64,000 nt of DNA from Bacillota bacterium (GTDB lineage Bacteria > Bacillota > Ch66 > Ch109), in assembly GCA_050952625.1 (NCBI GenBank), contig JBMNLH010000005.1, forward strand, positions 74,636-138,635, given 5' to 3'. Within the stretch, counting starts at the first letter, position 1. Every line of letters starts with the position of its first letter. Positions 63,406 to 64,000 of this stretch are shown in pieces. The notes under the pieces are model-generated. The model had not been told where the DNA came from. It saw only the letters and a program-made list of their open reading frames with translations, and did no database searches. The position numbers and the translations under genes are program-made.

Positions 63406-64000
63406 TTTATCAAACCTCCTCTTTGAAAACAAGGAAAAAAGGAAGCAAGGGAACGGTTTTTTTGCTTCCTAAGGTATACCAATCCTAAGGTACACCAATA
63501 CATTTAGAAAGGAAACACAAAACATAGGAACGTCTTCGGCCCTCAGTTCACTGATACAGCATTGCGCCTAAAGCTTTCACGGGTACATAGGGATTATTCA
63601 TTTGTCCCCCAGTATAGTACTTGAAAATTTTGTTAAACTGATAAATCCTTGACTTCTTCAACTCGATGTCTGACTCCACATAATCTTACTCAAGTCATGT
63701 CAATCACTCCTTTCCGTAACGCCACTCCTTTATTTAGTTAAACGATTGGGCAGGGTAATAGTTACTGCGTTCTTGCCAATTTCTTTAATGGTTTTTGTAA
63801 ATAATTGTCTATAGATATAGGGTTTTTTAGAACTATTGTTCTATGGAGGATGAAGCGTTACAATACTTATTAGACCTTCATGTAGTTAAACAGTACCATA
63901 ACCGGAAATGAAACTCGTGATTAAGCAGTGTTTAATAAGTAGTGGTCACCGACGTCATGCGATTTGGCGGTTTTTTTGAGATATTTGCCTATTAACCGCC

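Noticed and set aside
63630-63710. Tiny minus-strand ORF with good RBS reading MT*VRLCG (possible selenopeptide)
   Set aside because: Only about 21 codons, no redox UxxC spacing and no recognisable SECIS hairpin.
1-64000. tRNA, rRNA, prophage or cas genes
   Set aside because: None recognised by inspection.

Overview
Chromosomal window from a flagellated, spore-forming anaerobic Firmicute (Clostridia-like; inferred from codY, comF-flgM-flgKL-fliW-csrA, a ger operon, an SLH protein and SigH/SigF-type promoters). Gene content in order: partial REP-associated tyrosine transposase (RAYT), trehalose cluster (TPS-TPP fusion, GH65 phosphorylase, beta-PGM), galU, wecB, DUF421, PGM/PMM, DegU-like regulator, a divergent CodY, the comF/flagellar block, yitJ with a TnpB remnant, MscS, a germination receptor operon, a c-di-GMP-I riboswitch ahead of an MCP, a complete IS4-family element, uvrB, MCP-CZB plus HD-GYP, a group 3b [NiFe] hydrogenase with fused beta-gamma subunit, a decayed sigma54-dependent acyl-CoA operon, a flavin oxidoreductase, a type II TA pair and an SLH protein. 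The most unusual signal is non-genic. At least nine unrelated loci have the form '~28-30 bp direct repeat + 33-37 bp unique insert + repeat' (period 62-66 bp). One is in frame inside comFC, and one lies inside a dispersed repeat whose other copies lack it. This geometry matches Cas1-Cas2 spacer integration, but the sites are ordinary genomic sequence and no cas genes are present in the window, so the mechanism is a hypothesis. There are also several dispersed repeat families, one bracketing gene modules like recombination sites, and a cluster of 4-9 bp duplication scars that inactivate one operon. Single-base frameshifts in GH65, galU, flgK and flgL may be sequencing errors. All alignments and coordinates were read by eye.
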